Below, piece after piece: positions 49,801-63,459 of a stretch of 64,000 nt of DNA (the stretch's first letter is position 1; each line of letters opens with the position of its first letter). This stretch comes from Callorhinchus milii (lineage: Eukaryota), in NCBI RefSeq assembly GCF_018977255.1, contig NW_024704742.1:122266001-122330000 (forward strand). The letters run 5' to 3'. The notes under the pieces were generated by a model that saw only the letters and a list, made by a program, of their open reading frames with translations, ran no database searches and was not told the DNA's origin. Position numbers and translations under genes: made by a program.

Positions 49801-49804
49801 ACTT

Positions 49805-50126
49805 ATAATAATAATAATAATCCTTGCATTTGATATAGCGCTTTTCACGTCGGGAGGACGTCCCAAAGCGCTTCACAGAATATACTGTAAAGTGAATTGA
49901 CTGTATATTTTGTGGGCGAACGCGGCAGCCAATTGCGCACAGCAATGTCCCACAAACAGTCGTAGATTGAAAATGACCAATTTATTATTGTTTTGGGTTT
50001 TTGGAGGGATTATTATTAGGCGTGTGGAGTAAGGAAACTTGCCCAAGGTTTCGCCCTGCCTGGAATTGAACCCAGGTGTCTTGCTTGCAAAGCAAGTGCT
50101 CTAACCACTGAGCTACAGGACTCCAC
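49805..50126 (-). mobile_element. Young tRNA-derived SINE, full length
   Basis: Reverse complement of the family consensus. Confidence 0.93.
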
Positions 50127-50941
50127 TTGGCTCATACTTAAATGCTGTGTATCCTGCAATGTAAGCTTTTAAAATGTGTAGTTTTTTTTAGCCAATTTTT
50201 CTTTGAAATAAAGCTTTCAAAAGATCAAAAAGTTGCACACAGGGTCACGCGAACAATTGTCTTGTGTCACATGTACATGGTCCCCACTGTCAGAGTTTGC
50301 TGAACTCTTCTCTATGACAACAATGACTTTGTCATTGGTAAACCTGACCTGTGTATTCCAGATCTTATTTGTTCTATAGCTGCAGCTTTCAGCCCATAAG
50401 TCCAAAGGATTGCAATAATCATTTTTCTTCTACTTGGATTTACGAATAAAATGTTAGCAACATTTCATGCAAATCTGACATCTTTTTTATCTGCATTTGA
50501 AAATAATGACGATATGTTTTGATCTTTTTCTCTCTTTTACTGACACAATCCCTTTATATTATCTTTTGATCATAACCCTGATACTTTTCCTGACTGGCTA
50601 TATTTAGAATATACAGTACTTTCTTTGGAGAACATTCCTCGTTGCTGGAGTCATGACATGTGCTTGTGATGCTGCCATTTATCAGCCCCCAAAGTAATGC
50701 AGAGGAGAGCTGTGTTGCTATCTGTGACTGGGGCAGAGACATAATGTGTCAGTGTGAGCATGACTGCCAACTGGGCTTTAAAGTGCAGCTCTGTGTTATT
50801 TGTCAATCACTTACCCATTCGGAGTATTGTGGTAGTTACCCGGAGGAATGGAAGAGCTGACACAGGTGTTGCACTGCAAAATGCAGCCATTCTGTTGGGA
50901 TCCTGCCCTAATGCACCAGGTCTTTCCTTTGTTAATAGTCA

Positions 50942-51161
50942 ACGCCTAATAATAATCCCTCCAAAAACAAAAAACAATAATAAATTGGTCATTTTCAATC
51001 TACGACTGTTTGTGGGACATTGCTGTGCGCAATTGGCTGCCGCGTTCGCCCACAAATATACAGTCAATTCACTTTACAGTATATTCTGTGAAGCGCTTTG
51101 GGACGTCCTCCCGACGTGAAAAGCGCTATATCAAATGCAAGGATTATTATTATTATTATTA
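50942..51161 (+). mobile_element. Young SINE, 5'-truncated
   Basis: Family match from ACGCCTAATAATAATCCC to the tail. Confidence 0.92.
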
Positions 51162-51439
51162 TATCTGTCCCCACAGATGACTTCTGCATTAGGCCGGTAT
51201 TCTGTGTAGGAGGTTAACGTTGCATGCTGTCAGCAAAATGTCCAAATGAAGTTGTCCGATTTGTTTTATCAGCGAGTGGGTGCCATGGCAAGATCATAAC
51301 ACAGTTTCTTTCTCTGGCATTATTTTAAAAGTCAAATCTCTCCCATAACAATGCACAAAGGTCATCGCTAGGAAAACTTCTGGAAGAAAATGAGAATGAA
51401 CATCTGCATCGCATTAACATTTTGGACATTACAGTATTG

Positions 51440-51751
51440 ATAATAAATAATAATCCTTGCATTTTAAACAGTGGTTTTCACGTCTTCTAGATGTCTCAAA
51501 GCGCTTCACAGAATATACTGTAAAGTGAATTGATTGTATATTTGTGGGTGAAACGTGGCAGCCAATTGCACTCAGCAGTGTCCCACACACAGTCGTGGAA
51601 TGAAGTAACCATTTTCTTATTGGTTTTTTTCTTGAGGGATTATTATCAGGTGTGTGGAGTAAAGAAACTTGTGCAAGGTTTGGCCCTGCCAGGAATTGAA
51701 CACAGGTTCTCGCTTGCGAGGCGAGTGCTCTAACCACTGAGCTACCGGACT
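51440..51751 (-). mobile_element. tRNA-derived SINE, full length, diverged
   Basis: Reverse complement carries head, body and tail. It most resembles the copy at 40676. Confidence 0.88.
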
Positions 51752-52014
51752 ATTTAGAAGATATGTCCAAAAAAAAACCTTAAAATGCTTGTTATTGAAG
51801 GAGTGTTAAAACATAATCCATCTGTGCCTGATGCAGTAATGGACTGACAAGAATGAAAACAAGATGTGGGCTTGATACATTGCAACTTTTCCAACCAGAG
51901 TTTGGCAGTCCCCACCCTTCATCCCTCTTGTTTCAGGTGAAATTATTTTAACAAAGTTTTGGACGTGATAAGGCGCAGTATCAAATGCAAGGATTATTAT
52001 ATTATTATAAACTG

Positions 52015-52450
52015 GATTGAATCAGAAGGTTGTTAGTTGAGCCCCATTTAGGGACTTCAAACTTTTATAGACTACATTTATAAAGCGCCTTTCATGTCAG
52101 AATGTCATTTTGTTGTTGTTGTTCAAACTTACTTAGTCTAAATTGATACTCCAATGCAATGCTGATGTGCCATCCTTTGGATGAGATATTAAACCAAGTT
52201 CCCATCTGCTATTCAGGTAGACATTCCCATGGCGCTATTTGAAAAGAGAAGAGAGTTTCTCATAGTGCCCTAGCCAACAATCGTCCAAATAAAATTGATC
52301 ATTCATATTATGACTTCTTGTGGGATATTGCTGTGTGCAAATTATCTGCTTGTTTGGCTACAAATATACAGTCATTACACTTCACAGTAAGATCCTGTGA
52401 GATGTCTCGGTGATGTAATAGATGCTATATCAAATGCAAAGATTATTGTA
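52015..52450 (+). mobile_element. Old Deu-domain SINE
   Basis: GTGCCATCCTTTGGATGAGATATTAAACC...CCCATGGCGCTATTTGAAAAGAGAAG, then the tail. Confidence 0.8.
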
Positions 52451-53474
52451 TTATATTAGTCTATTGTTCTGCACTGCCTGCTTCTGATTCTTTTCTGTAT
52501 CTTTCTTGCCTCCTCTTGAGCTTTTTGTTCGGTGTGATTGAAGGTCAGGGATTTTTTTTGACAATGAAACAAGGCTCTGACTTGGTGCTGAGGACACCTG
52601 GCATCTCTGGATGTCACAGGTCAATTGCACAGGCTGCTCTACAGGGAACAGCAAGATAGCACCTTATTGCAAAGTAGTAGCATCTGACCTCAAATGAAAG
52701 GTGAAAATCAAATAGATTAAAACCATAAATTAAAATACGAATCACAGTGAATAATTTGTAACCTGTTAAACTTCAGGTCAACGCTTTATTTTCCTTCCGC
52801 AAATGTTGAACGTTTTTGAAACAGACCAATGAGACACTCCTAAGTGATTGCAATGGGCACGGGTTCAAGTAGACAAAATATCCATAAAAGCAGTGTTGTC
52901 GTATTGGGAGTGTTTCAGGCAATTTAGTTGCCAGAACAGGCTGCTCTATGATAATGTCTATGTTGTCTGCTCCAGCATGTTTTTGCTGCAACAGATGCAT
53001 ATGTGTTGTACTCTGAGCCCCTTTCTATGTGACTGTTGTATCCGTATCTGCGTTTGTGTTAAAATGTAAATCAAGACCCTGTAGTGATGGACATTGTGGT
53101 CAATGTGATCCTATCCTTGCTTCCTCCTGCATATATTTAAGCGTTGAAAGTGCTGAGAGAGAGAGAGAGAGAGAGAGACACTACTCCTTTCTAATGCACC
53201 AGAAAAAGCGGTCATGTCAGCCCCTCAGCTGAGCTCTCATTGTCTTCAGATGACAGTGATGCTCCTGTGCTACTAGTCGATGACGTGGCTGCCTATGCAC
53301 CCCGGAGGTTTGCTTGGGCTCATTCACAAATAGCAAGGCCACTGCTTATCCAGAAATGTTCAATGACGTTGCCTTTAACAAAGGTGTTAGCTTTTCTCAA
53401 TAGCTTTGTGAGGCATGTCTAAACACCCTTGATAAAATATTAAATATAATTGTTGCTATGTTTCTATTTTACAG

Positions 53475-53511
53475 CCATGGAGATGACCTTATTGTGACCC
53501 CATTTGCGCAG
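53475..53511 (+). CDS. PDE4D: PDE4D UCR1 exon, 37 nt, phase 2-0
   Basis: TTTCTATTTTACAG acceptor and CAG|GTAGGT donor. Encodes (I)HGDDLIVTPFAQ in frame with the previous exon. Confidence 0.96.
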
Positions 53512-54439
53512 GTAGGTTCTGGTCCACCTTCTTGCATGTTTTAATCTTGCTGATCACATTTCCACATGGGAGGATTCTTGCCCAAGTACCAGTTTGAATA
53601 CAAACAAGCCTGTAACATATCTTTCAATTTAATCCAAACAAATGTCAGTGCATCAAGAGGCTGTGTTTGACACTTATGCTATCTTCCGCGTAAGGAAAGT
53701 TGTTAAGAGATGTGGACAGAGAATTATTTTAAACATCTGGGAGACAGATGTATTTCGGTTTAGAATACAGGCTTGATTCCTGGTTTAGTTTTTGCGGCAG
53801 GTCTTATTCCTAAGGTTTTTTTTTAGGAGCCGCACAAAGACATGTCTTATTGAGTAATGTGTGTTCCGGAGAAGGTGCATGTGGTTTGTTAACGAGATCC
53901 ATAAACCACACACATTCCATTGGAGGCTGCACTTTATCAGAGAGCTCTACGAGGTGTTACAATTTGTTCATTGTCAGTGGTTCTGCAAACCATCTGTAAA
54001 CCATAGAAAGTTACAGCATAGTTTGGAGTGCTTGTCTCTGCAGTAAGTAGGACTTAAGTTCCACGCATGAACTTACACTCTCAAATAGGTCATGGGTGAT
54101 GTAAAATCCGTGACACAGAATTGTGAGCAGAATCATGTTTTTCAAGTTTGGCAAAAGCTTTGTTTAACCTACAGACAACTTGAGAAACTATTCTGGTAGA
54201 ACTGGGTCTTGCTTACCCTGAGGCTGCTGTTGCCTGGAATCCATCTTGTTCAGTTTGAGGGTTGAATATCCAAGGGGCTCCATTAACACATTCCCACCTC
54301 CAGCCCCCTTGCCCTCCACCCCTCTTGACTCCAAACTCCAGCTCTGGTGCAAACCCTTGACAGTTCAGCATCATGGGACGTCCTCCTGGTGAAAGGCACT
54401 ATATGAATGCAATCTGTATCAATTTGTATATAAAAACCC

Positions 54440-54702
54440 ACCATCACTGTCAGGGTTTCAGCCTTTCTGCCTCCAACCTTTGGAAATCCATCCCACAGTC
54501 CCTTCACCTCACTCCCTCCTTTGCCTCCTTCAAGGCACATCTCAAGAGCCTGTTCTTCAATCGTGCCCTCAGTCACCCTTCTATGTCTACCCTCCCTGCG
54601 CTCCTGATCCCAACCCCAATTTGGTTCCAAATCCTTGACTGTCCAGGGCCTTTGGACATCCTCCCGACGTGAAAGGTGCGGTACAAATTGAATTTGTTGT
54701 TG
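54440..54702 (+). mobile_element. L2 3' end fragment
   Basis: Similar to 45050-45300, with a (TTG)n tail. Confidence 0.8.
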
Positions 54703-55179
54703 TAAACTGAGCAACACATGTGAACCCAAAACTGAGCATAGCGTGTGAACGCAAGCCTCCACAGTTCTTTCTGAGTCACTCCTCATAACCGTTTGCATCT
54801 GAACGTACACCAACCCCCATGTCTGAGGAACATTGAGCAAACCTTCATTTCTGTCCTGTCCTGGGTGGCTGGGGAATGACCAATGCACTCTTGGGAACCT
54901 ATTTCACTTGCTGTCATGGATCTGTTCCTGGAGATGTTAGAAAGATCCACTTCAGCGCAGGGTGGGAGAATTGAAGAATACAGTGTGAAAATCTGAGGTC
55001 TGATTCAACTGCAGCTATACAACACAAATCCACATTTCCCGAGCACCAGCCTCAATGAGATAGCAAACACTTGGCCAGGAGTAATCTCTCTTTATGTTCC
55101 AGTTATTCTAATTGACAGAGTGCTAATCAACTGTGTTTGTTTCCTTGGTATCTAAACATGTACATTTGTGTCTCTATAG

Positions 55180-55256
55180 GTGCTAGCCAGCCTGCGCACT
55201 GTAAGGAACAACTTTGCTGCACTGACCAACCTGCAAGATCTAGCGTCCAGTAGCAA
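55180..55256 (+). CDS. PDE4D: PDE4D UCR1 end/LR1 exon, 77 nt, phase 0-2
   Basis: TCTCTATAG acceptor and AA|GTAAGA donor. Encodes VLASLRTVRNNFAALTNLQDLASSS(K). Confidence 0.96.
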
Positions 55257-56324
55257 GTAAGAGTGCTTTGTGCTGTGGCATCAGTGGGTGGCAATATTCA
55301 CAGGTCGAGAAAAACCTGAGAACTTTTGTGTTATAACACTTTTTTAAAATTATCTTTGGTACCCAGCAAGGTGAGGAGAGTAGGGATGTACAGAATCAGA
55401 AAACATCACCTGGCTGCTTCCAAAATAACAGTAAATAAATTATCCTCCAAGACTCTGTAGGGTAAAAATTCCATTCACCTTTGGCAAAGCGTTGTTATAA
55501 TAGGAAATCCCACATCACCAATGGGGCTGCACATATATGCTTCACAGAATTTCGACTCCATCTGGCTCACAACTCTCAATGGATTTCTTTGCCTGGTACC
55601 ATAGTTAGCTCGTTCCCTCGTGACTTCCATGACCCAATGAAGAATGTTAATGCTGTGTGAAAAAAAAGTGCCCATTTCGCACACCATGTGGGGTCTATTA
55701 CACATTGGTTATTAAAGTGGTGATTTAAAGGTGGCATAGTGGGTGGACAAAGCTGTGAAGGAAGCTAATGGGATCCTAGGTTTTATAAATAGTGGCATAA
55801 AATATAAAATCAAAGAGACCATGCTTAATCTCGATCAATTCAATACAAATTTACATTTAATATTAGTTCCTTTTACATTAAAAGGACACCTCAAATTGTT
55901 TTACACTGCTTGCTGGGCACCTGAGCTGGGGGTGGGAGCCAAGGGGGGTGGGGAGAGAGAAGGTGACGGAGAGTATTGTGTCCAGTTTTTGGTCACACCA
56001 CTTTAGGAAGGATGTCAGGGCCATAAAGAGCGTGCAGAGGAGATGCTGAAACTATGCTCTGAAACTAGAGGAACTGGGCTCAAAATCATTAGAACAAAGA
56101 AGGTTGAGGGACCAGCAATGCTTTGGAACCAGACTGGCTCAGGAACCTGACTTCCAAGATCGCTACAGAAGGTCGATTCGATTCCATTGGCAGCCATGTC
56201 ACTAGCTCAGTAAGAATCCACTTCCCACCCTTTACAAGGGGTTATGTTAATACCATTTTGATTATTGTGTTTCCTATAATATACGTTCACTGTTTTCTGC
56301 AATCAATGCATAATGAACCGCAGG

Positions 56325-56637
56325 ATCAGTATTAAGCACTCCCAGGATATGTCCAGGGTTATAAACACAGTTAAACACAAATGTTTGAGATCCTGGCCTC
56401 AGAAAATCATCTAACCCTGTTCTGCTCCATTGCTGTAATTTTCACTTCCCACATTAGCCGTCCTGTAGCCTGTCTGAATGGTGAGATGTTGGTGATCTCG
56501 TGCTGGATTAAGTGTCAGTTCTTGTCAGCCCATTTTCACGTAGGCTGACAGACAGAGGAGACTTACATCCCATCTGTCTGGGCTGCATTCAGACCCAAGA
56601 ATCAGAAGTGATTGAAGTCTTAACCCACCATGCCACC
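56325..56637 (-). mobile_element. Highly diverged SINE, possibly LF-SINE-related
   Basis: The minus strand has a tRNA-like head (GGTGGCATGGTGGGTTAAG...CAGCCCAG), GCCTACGTGAAAATGGG, and a TAACCCTG...CCTGGGAGTGCTT end. Similarity is from memory only. Confidence 0.35.
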
Positions 56638-57636
56638 AGTGTCCGTGAGGGTCTGAGAGGCACATCAGAGAGAAAACTACCATAAAATTAAACAATATGC
56701 AGTAATTAGTACAGCTGTATCATTTCATGTAACACAGAGACCTCTGGTGGTGAAACCTAGATTAACACGTGCAATTTGCCATACAGTTACTTGAATTTTC
56801 ACTGCATGTTCCCGAGGATTGCTAGATTTCTAGCGGCTCATGTTTTCGTACCTGATACAGAATGATCAGATCACCTTAGATGCAAGTTTGAACACAGTTC
56901 AAAATAGTTAGTCTCTAATCCATGCCTCTCTGAATGATTATTAATGTTATCCCTTTTGTGGCTTTCGAAGTTTTACCCACTGTGGAAGTTAGCCTGACTC
57001 GTGACTGCAGTCACCTTTCACCCTTCCTGAAAGATACATTGATCATTCACTTCATGGTTGTTCGTGGACTTTACTGAGTCCAAATTGGCTGCTGTGATTG
57101 TCTACAAATAAAGTCATTAAACAACAAAGTTCCTGTGAAGTATTTTGAGTCGTTTCGACATTAGGCAAAATGTCAAATGGCAAAGATTATTATTACAATA
57201 CTATTTGTATTGGCAACCCTCCAACGGTACAATTTCATGATTCTCTCCAACAATGATACTGAAATATTCAAAGGCATCAAATTAAACATAACAACTGGAT
57301 TCATTTACATTTGGTTTGCCACAGAAAATGCATTACTCAGGTTAGAAAGTAGGACTGCAGAAGATTGCTCAAAGTTCAACTTTCTTGAAAGCCAAGGCTT
57401 GAATAAAAAAGCTTGGATCCCTCAGAGCTTACACAGTGTCCATTTCCTCAGGGCACATTAGCCTGTGTGAAGGGTATCTAAATGCAAGTTGTTGTTATGA
57501 AGCTCACGCTGGCATGTGAATACCGTAAGCCCAGCAACCCCATCAGGGGGAAGGTTTTGTTGAGCCTCTGAACATGAGGATGTGGGACTTCTGTTATCGA
57601 AACACTAACTTTCTCATTTTATTTTTAATGATTCAG

Positions 57637-57686
57637 GCGCTCACCAATCTGTAACCAGACACCCATTACTAGGACAAACTTTACAG
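57637..57686 (+). CDS. PDE4D: PDE4D LR1 exon, 50 nt, phase 2-1
   Basis: ATTCAG acceptor and CAG|GTGAGT donor. Encodes (K)RSPICNQTPITRTNFT, similar to mammalian RSPMCNQPSINKATIT. Confidence 0.93.
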
Positions 57687-57833
57687 GTGAGTGACTCTTA
57701 CGGTCGTTTGGAATAAAATAGATTGTGTTATTGTTCAGTATAAGATCAAGACTGTGCAGAAGTGATGCCGTTTTTATGCTGTGTGCAGGACATTGGGTTT
57801 GTACCTTTGATTTGATCTTGTGGTGATTCCTGA

Positions 57834-57870
57834 AGTGTGTGTGTGTGTGTGTGTGTGTGTGGTGGTGGTG
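57834..57870. repeat. (GT)n microsatellite followed by (GGT)n
   Basis: Direct observation. Confidence 0.95.
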
Positions 57871-58834
57871 TCAGTCCAGCCTCCCAGTTGTGTTGTTTGT
57901 CAGCAAGAGCAGGACACTAGACTCATTTAAAAGAAAACATTGCTTGATCTGGATGTGGTGTGAAGACAGTAAGGTGGGTATTCTGGGAGGATGAGATCAA
58001 ATGCGCCGAAGGGTCTTTTTGATCCAAACCAATCTTGTGATTTTATGAATTACACCTGTCCCAGCGAACTATAGAGAGGAGAAGGAAGAATAGTAGCAAA
58101 TTTGCAGCACAGAAAACCAATTCAGCCTATTGGGGCTGTGCTTGTGCCAGATCCTCAACTGGCATTATATACTCTCATTCCACTTCTTGCTTTTTCCCCC
58201 ATACTATTTCAATATGATTTGAGTCAAGTACTGGTCCAGATCCCTTTCAAATGTGCATAATTTAAACAGAACAGGGGTGTAGTGTTTTTTTTATAAATGC
58301 TTCTTGTATTTTAATGATCTGATAATTTTTTTCTTGATCTTTGCTTTGTATTGATGCTATTTGTTTGAAGGTTTCGTCCACATCTGGCGCTTGTATGTGG
58401 AGTCTAAGAGGAAAGTGCATTGCTGCACAGCCTGCTGGTTTTATGTACAGGATTACCATATTGTAATTCAATTGATAGGAAATGCATTTGATGGGTATGA
58501 GAGATGGGTTTGTTGCTTAAGTCTTAAGACATCAAAACAAGCTGCACATATCATCAGCTTATTGAAAATAACAGAAGTATTACCAGTGATTGGTTGAGAC
58601 TGCAGTGGCTCTGGTTTATGAAGATGAATTGGAAAATGCATTGTACACCAAAAGGTTAAGTGCAACGTTTTGAGAGTTTGGTAAATCGAAAACATGTTCT
58701 GTGTTTAGGAGTGACATAGCCAAAGGCAAGCTGTTGTAATTTACATATTTCCTGTTTGTCACTGGAATTCCATCTCCCCACTTGGCAGCTCACACTTAAA
58801 ACTGACTCACCCATACTACGTTACACTAATCACT

Positions 58835-59630
58835 GAGTTTTGAAAGAGTTTTGTCAGTAAATAGGGAGAAGCTAATTCCACTCGTAGGGGAGTCAGTGAG
58901 TAGAGGACATAGAATTAAGGTGTTACCAAGCAGAACAAAAGGAGATCTTAGGAGAATACGTTTTACACAGAGAGTTATTAGGATGTGAATTGCCCTGCCA
59001 ATTAAGGTGGTCGAGGCAGAGTCTATTGTGGATTTCAAGAGAGAAGTAGATAAATAGACATGGAAGGAGAGGAGCTTGAAGGGGTTACAGGGATAGGGTG
59101 AAGAAGTGGGATTAAATGAACAACAACTTGCATTTATGTAACGCTTTTCACCGGTTAGCATCTCAGAGCTGTTTCCAACAGCTTGCTACGAGAACTACTG
59201 CAGACTCGATAATAATAATAATAATCCTTGCAAGATCACATCTTTGAGATGTCTCAAAGCGCTTCCCAGAATATACTGGAAAGTGATTGATTGTATATTT
59301 TGTGTGGGAAACCCGACAGCCAGTTGCGCACATCAATGTCCCGCAAACAGTTGTGGATTGAGTGACCAAACTATTATTTATTTATTTATTTATTTATTTT
59401 GAATGATTACTCGACCCTAGAAAAGCGATCTGCCAATCAACTAACAACCAAGTTTCTACTTACTGCTAGGTAAACAGAAGTGCATGGAGTATACACAATG
59501 TTTCGCCCTGCCCAGGAATCAAACCCAGGTCCTCTTGCTTGTGAGGCGAGTGCTCTAAACACTAAGTTACAAGACACTCAATAGGGCGAACGCCCTTCTT
59601 CTGCACTGTAAATTTCTGTGGTTCTATGAA
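58835..59630 (+). mobile_element. Old CR1 3' end interrupted by an antisense long-subfamily SINE (59208-59580)
   Basis: CR1 C-terminal coding remnant (REKLIPLVGES...) and TTCTGTGGTTCTATG tail flank a minus-strand SINE. Confidence 0.8.
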
Positions 59631-59949
59631 AGGCTTTCTAAAGGGAACTAGTTTCGGGTTATTCAACGATTCAGGACTATTAGGTGATGAAACAGATGTG
59701 TTGCAGGAATCTTTTGGAAAGTTCCAGTTGGGAAACAGGATTTATGCTGGATAGACCAATGATCTATATTGATCCAAAATGATCCATATTAGACCCTGCT
59801 ATTCACCATATACATAAATGATTTGGATTCAGTATAGGATTTGGTTGGCCAACAAAATAAATGTTTCGTGGTTGAATATTTCTTGATTTATGGCCTAAAT
59901 TTATGCTATTTTGTTATTTCTATAATTATTTTGTTTGGTTGGCCACCAC

Positions 59950-60645
59950 TGGTCTAGATGGTAGGAACCTAGGAGGAGTAGAGGAGCAAAGAGATCTGGG
60001 GATTCACATCTACAAATCTCTAAAAGTAACCACACTGGTAATAATAGTAATAGTAATAATAATGTAAGGCAATAAAAAGGCCTATTTGGTCTTGGGCTTT
60101 ATATCCAGAGAGATAAAATATAAAAGTGAGAAGATGATGTTAAATTTATACCACATTTGGAATATTGTGTCCAATTCTGTTCTCCATACTATAAGACGTA
60201 TTTAGTAGCAAATGGAAAGAGTACTGCTCTCAGGTTATCTCTTATCAGAATAGGTTGGATAGGTTTGACCTTTTTTTGCTAGAGCAGGGACATTTAACGG
60301 GGGACCTAATAACAGTGTTTGAAGGGTTCGATAAGGTTAACGTAAATAGGCTATTTCCACTGCTTGAGGAGTGCATAACCAGGGGACACAAATATAATAT
60401 AGTGTCTAGATCTAACGAGAATTTAGGACGATCGACTTCACCAGATGGTGGTGAGATTGTGGAACTCACAGCCTGAAGTTGGCTGAATCAGATAGTGTGG
60501 ATGCATTTAAGAAGAAGCTAGCCCTTCACATGAGGGAGGGGAATAGAAGGTGTGGGAGGAAGTAATCAATGGGTGAAGAATATAAACACGAGCGCACTTG
60601 TTGGGCCGAGCGGCCTGTTTCTGTCCTGTATATTCTATGTAATCT
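59950..60645 (+). mobile_element. Old CR1 3' fragment
   Basis: EEQRDLG, PHLEYCVQF and GDLITVFEGFDKV remnants, then a CR1 3' UTR. Confidence 0.8.
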
Positions 60646-61828
60646 GAAACTTGTTGCCTTGTCACTGTTTAACTTCCGTGACAGTACGTGAGCATTCTTG
60701 CGCTTGTCTTTTGTCCTTTTGCATTGAGACCGCAGACATTTGTGCACCAAGTCAATGGAATGCGTACTTACGTGAGGCTGTTTCTCTGACTTGGATGCTC
60801 TTGAGCATGGTGATGGATCTCTGGATTAACTGACTGACCCAAAAAAGGTTTTGTGCACTTCTGTCTTTCTCTGTGTGTGTATGGGGAGGTGGGGAGGGTG
60901 CAGGGGTGGAGATTCCTAGGAATCTTACTCGAACTGCTGTGGCCATGGTAATTGTAAATGTAGGTTGGGTCAGAGCAGATATCCTATGGGTCTCTGTGAT
61001 GTGCTTTCTGTTACCAGAAGGAGCCCTCATCTGCAGGACTCAGATTTTTTTTTAGTTTACGCTTTTTAATTGCATCCTAGCCTTTTGAATAAAATTAAAT
61101 GCAGCTTAACAGTTGGTTACAGAAGTCAGTCTGTGACAAAAATGAGGTCCTCATCAATCACCTATAAATCTTTTCACCCCCCCAGGACTTCCCTATCCAT
61201 CTGATCTTCTCCTACCCCACTCATCTGCTCGCCCCTTCCTCTCGGCTAGCTCAGGCCTGCTGCATGTAACCCCCCCCAACCCCACCCCCGCGCCAGAGGT
61301 TTGAGGGTGCTACACTATACTAATGAGCTGCAGTGGAGCTGGGGCGAGACCCCAATTATGTAATTGAGATATTTATGTAACTGGATTCATGAATTGGTGG
61401 GAGGGATGGAGAAAAAAATATTCTCTTTAGCTGTGCTTTTCTTTCAGCTGCTCTCAAGAACTGTACACCACAAAAAGCATGAGACAAATTAAATAATCTA
61501 ATGGCTTATGAGTTCTCCCTATGCAGAGCATGAATTGCAGCAACAGAGATGATCAAGTTGGATGTAATATCACAAAAACACACTAGATGGTAGCAGAGAA
61601 CAAATATTTACCATTAGACGATGGCTGAGATGCTCCAGAATGTAAACTTCGATGAAAGGGCTCCTGTGTTGTTTAGCAAATTAGAATTCAATATCCTTGC
61701 AGGTCAGATCACATGGTATAATCATACATTATCTCATGGTTATGCGCATAATTGTATTTTTTTTACCAGCATCGCACTTCCACACCAGAACCTGATGAGA
61801 ATAGGTCAATATGTGGATACATGGTTTC

Positions 61829-62040
61829 TGGAGTCCTGTAGCATAATGGTTAGAGCGCTCGCCTCGCAAGGATCTGGGTTTGATTTACTCAATCCACAAA
61901 TGTTTGTGGGACACTGCTGCGCGCAATTGGCTGCTGAGTTTTGACCACAAAATACACAGTAACTTCACTTTATCGTAGATTCTGTGAAGCACTTTGAGAC
62001 GTCTTCAGGATGTGATAAGGCGCTATATCAAATGAGAAAT
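61829..62040 (+). mobile_element. tRNA-derived SINE with internal deletion
   Basis: Head GGAGTCCTGTAGCATAATGGTTAGAGC joined directly to the 3' body. Confidence 0.8.
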
Positions 62041-63459
62041 ACGATTCTGTTGCACGTGAATGTGAGCTTTTTTGAGGATAAACAGCAAATGGCAGTACAT
62101 TACAAAACCATGAAGGAATTTTCAGTCTTGTAATAACCTTACATTGAGTTTACAGCTCAAGTTACAAGAACAACAACTTACATTTTTCACATCACTTTTG
62201 AAACATGATAACATCTTGGATCATTTCTCAAAGACAGGGTCGGACACTGTGCAAAGGAAAGGGAAAGAGGAAGGTGTCCATAGGCAATGTTGAAGCAGTC
62301 GGTTTTTAAGTGGGATTTAAAGACCGATAGAGAGGGCACAGATTGGAAGGATGGAGGGAGGGAGCTCCAGAGATTAGGGGCATAGTCACTGAAAGCTGAA
62401 ATGCTCAAATGCTGAAAAGTGCAGGAAAATGCCTCTAGACGTAGCAATCCATCACCAGGCTGGAGGAGGAAGAAATGGACTTTGGATGAGTGCTACCAAA
62501 AGGTTTGAAACAGAATGCAATAACAGTATTTTGCATTTACAAACACCCTTAATCCAGGCAGCACCTCAGAACACTTCACAGGTCATTGAGCAAGGAAGAA
62601 GGATTTGGGAAAATAGGAGGTGGCAACAAGCATGGTCAAAGAGGTAGAATCTGAGGCGGGACTTAAAGACAGAAAGAGGCAGCATTGGAAAGTGGGGGGG
62701 AGTTCCAGAGGTTATGGATGTAGGCTGCCACATTTGGCTACAAAATACATGCTCCTTGCACTTTACATTGACTCCTGACATGAAAAGCGCTCTATCAAAT
62801 TCAAGGATTATTGTATTGCTATAGAAATGAAGCCTAATATCCTCGGCAGTCCTCTCATGGTGTAGTGGGGTGTTCACGAGCCATTCCGATGCATTGCAAG
62901 ATATACCAGATGCCAAAGACAACTCAAAAGACGATCATCGGAATGGGAAATAGCTGTTTCCTGGTTTGCTGCTTAGTCATTTTGCTGTAGCAATTCTATA
63001 TGTCGCAAGGTCAAAATGAACAGAACAAAGATCCAAATACTGAATGCTGTGAGCTTGTGTTTGTTTCTGCATTGCTCAGACCAGTGAGAAAGCACTTGAA
63101 TTTTCCGTGTCAGTGGGTGGCGATCGAACACCTCAGATACCAACATTATATGGACCCGAACTAATGGGCTAAATGCCATTTAAAGAAAGTCTTGATTCAT
63201 AAACCTAGAATTACTTAATGCTACAAAGCAAAATGCTCATTTAATAGAAAATGATTTGACTTTATGCCATCAAGTTAAGCACTTGCCAGACTCAAAGTAG
63301 TGTTTTCTAAAGAAAGTGTGATAAAACCATGCAGTGAAGCATGGCTCACTTCTTATCACAGCTCCTTAAAGGGATAGGAGAGCACATTGACCGTGGATTC
63401 TGGATCCTTGGAGAGGGCTAGTTGAACAAGTAGTGTGAAGTTCGCCAGACAGTGCTCTC

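Noticed and set aside
62110..62135. MKE... resembling the PDE4D1 short-form start
   Set aside because: It stops after 7 codons with no further similarity.
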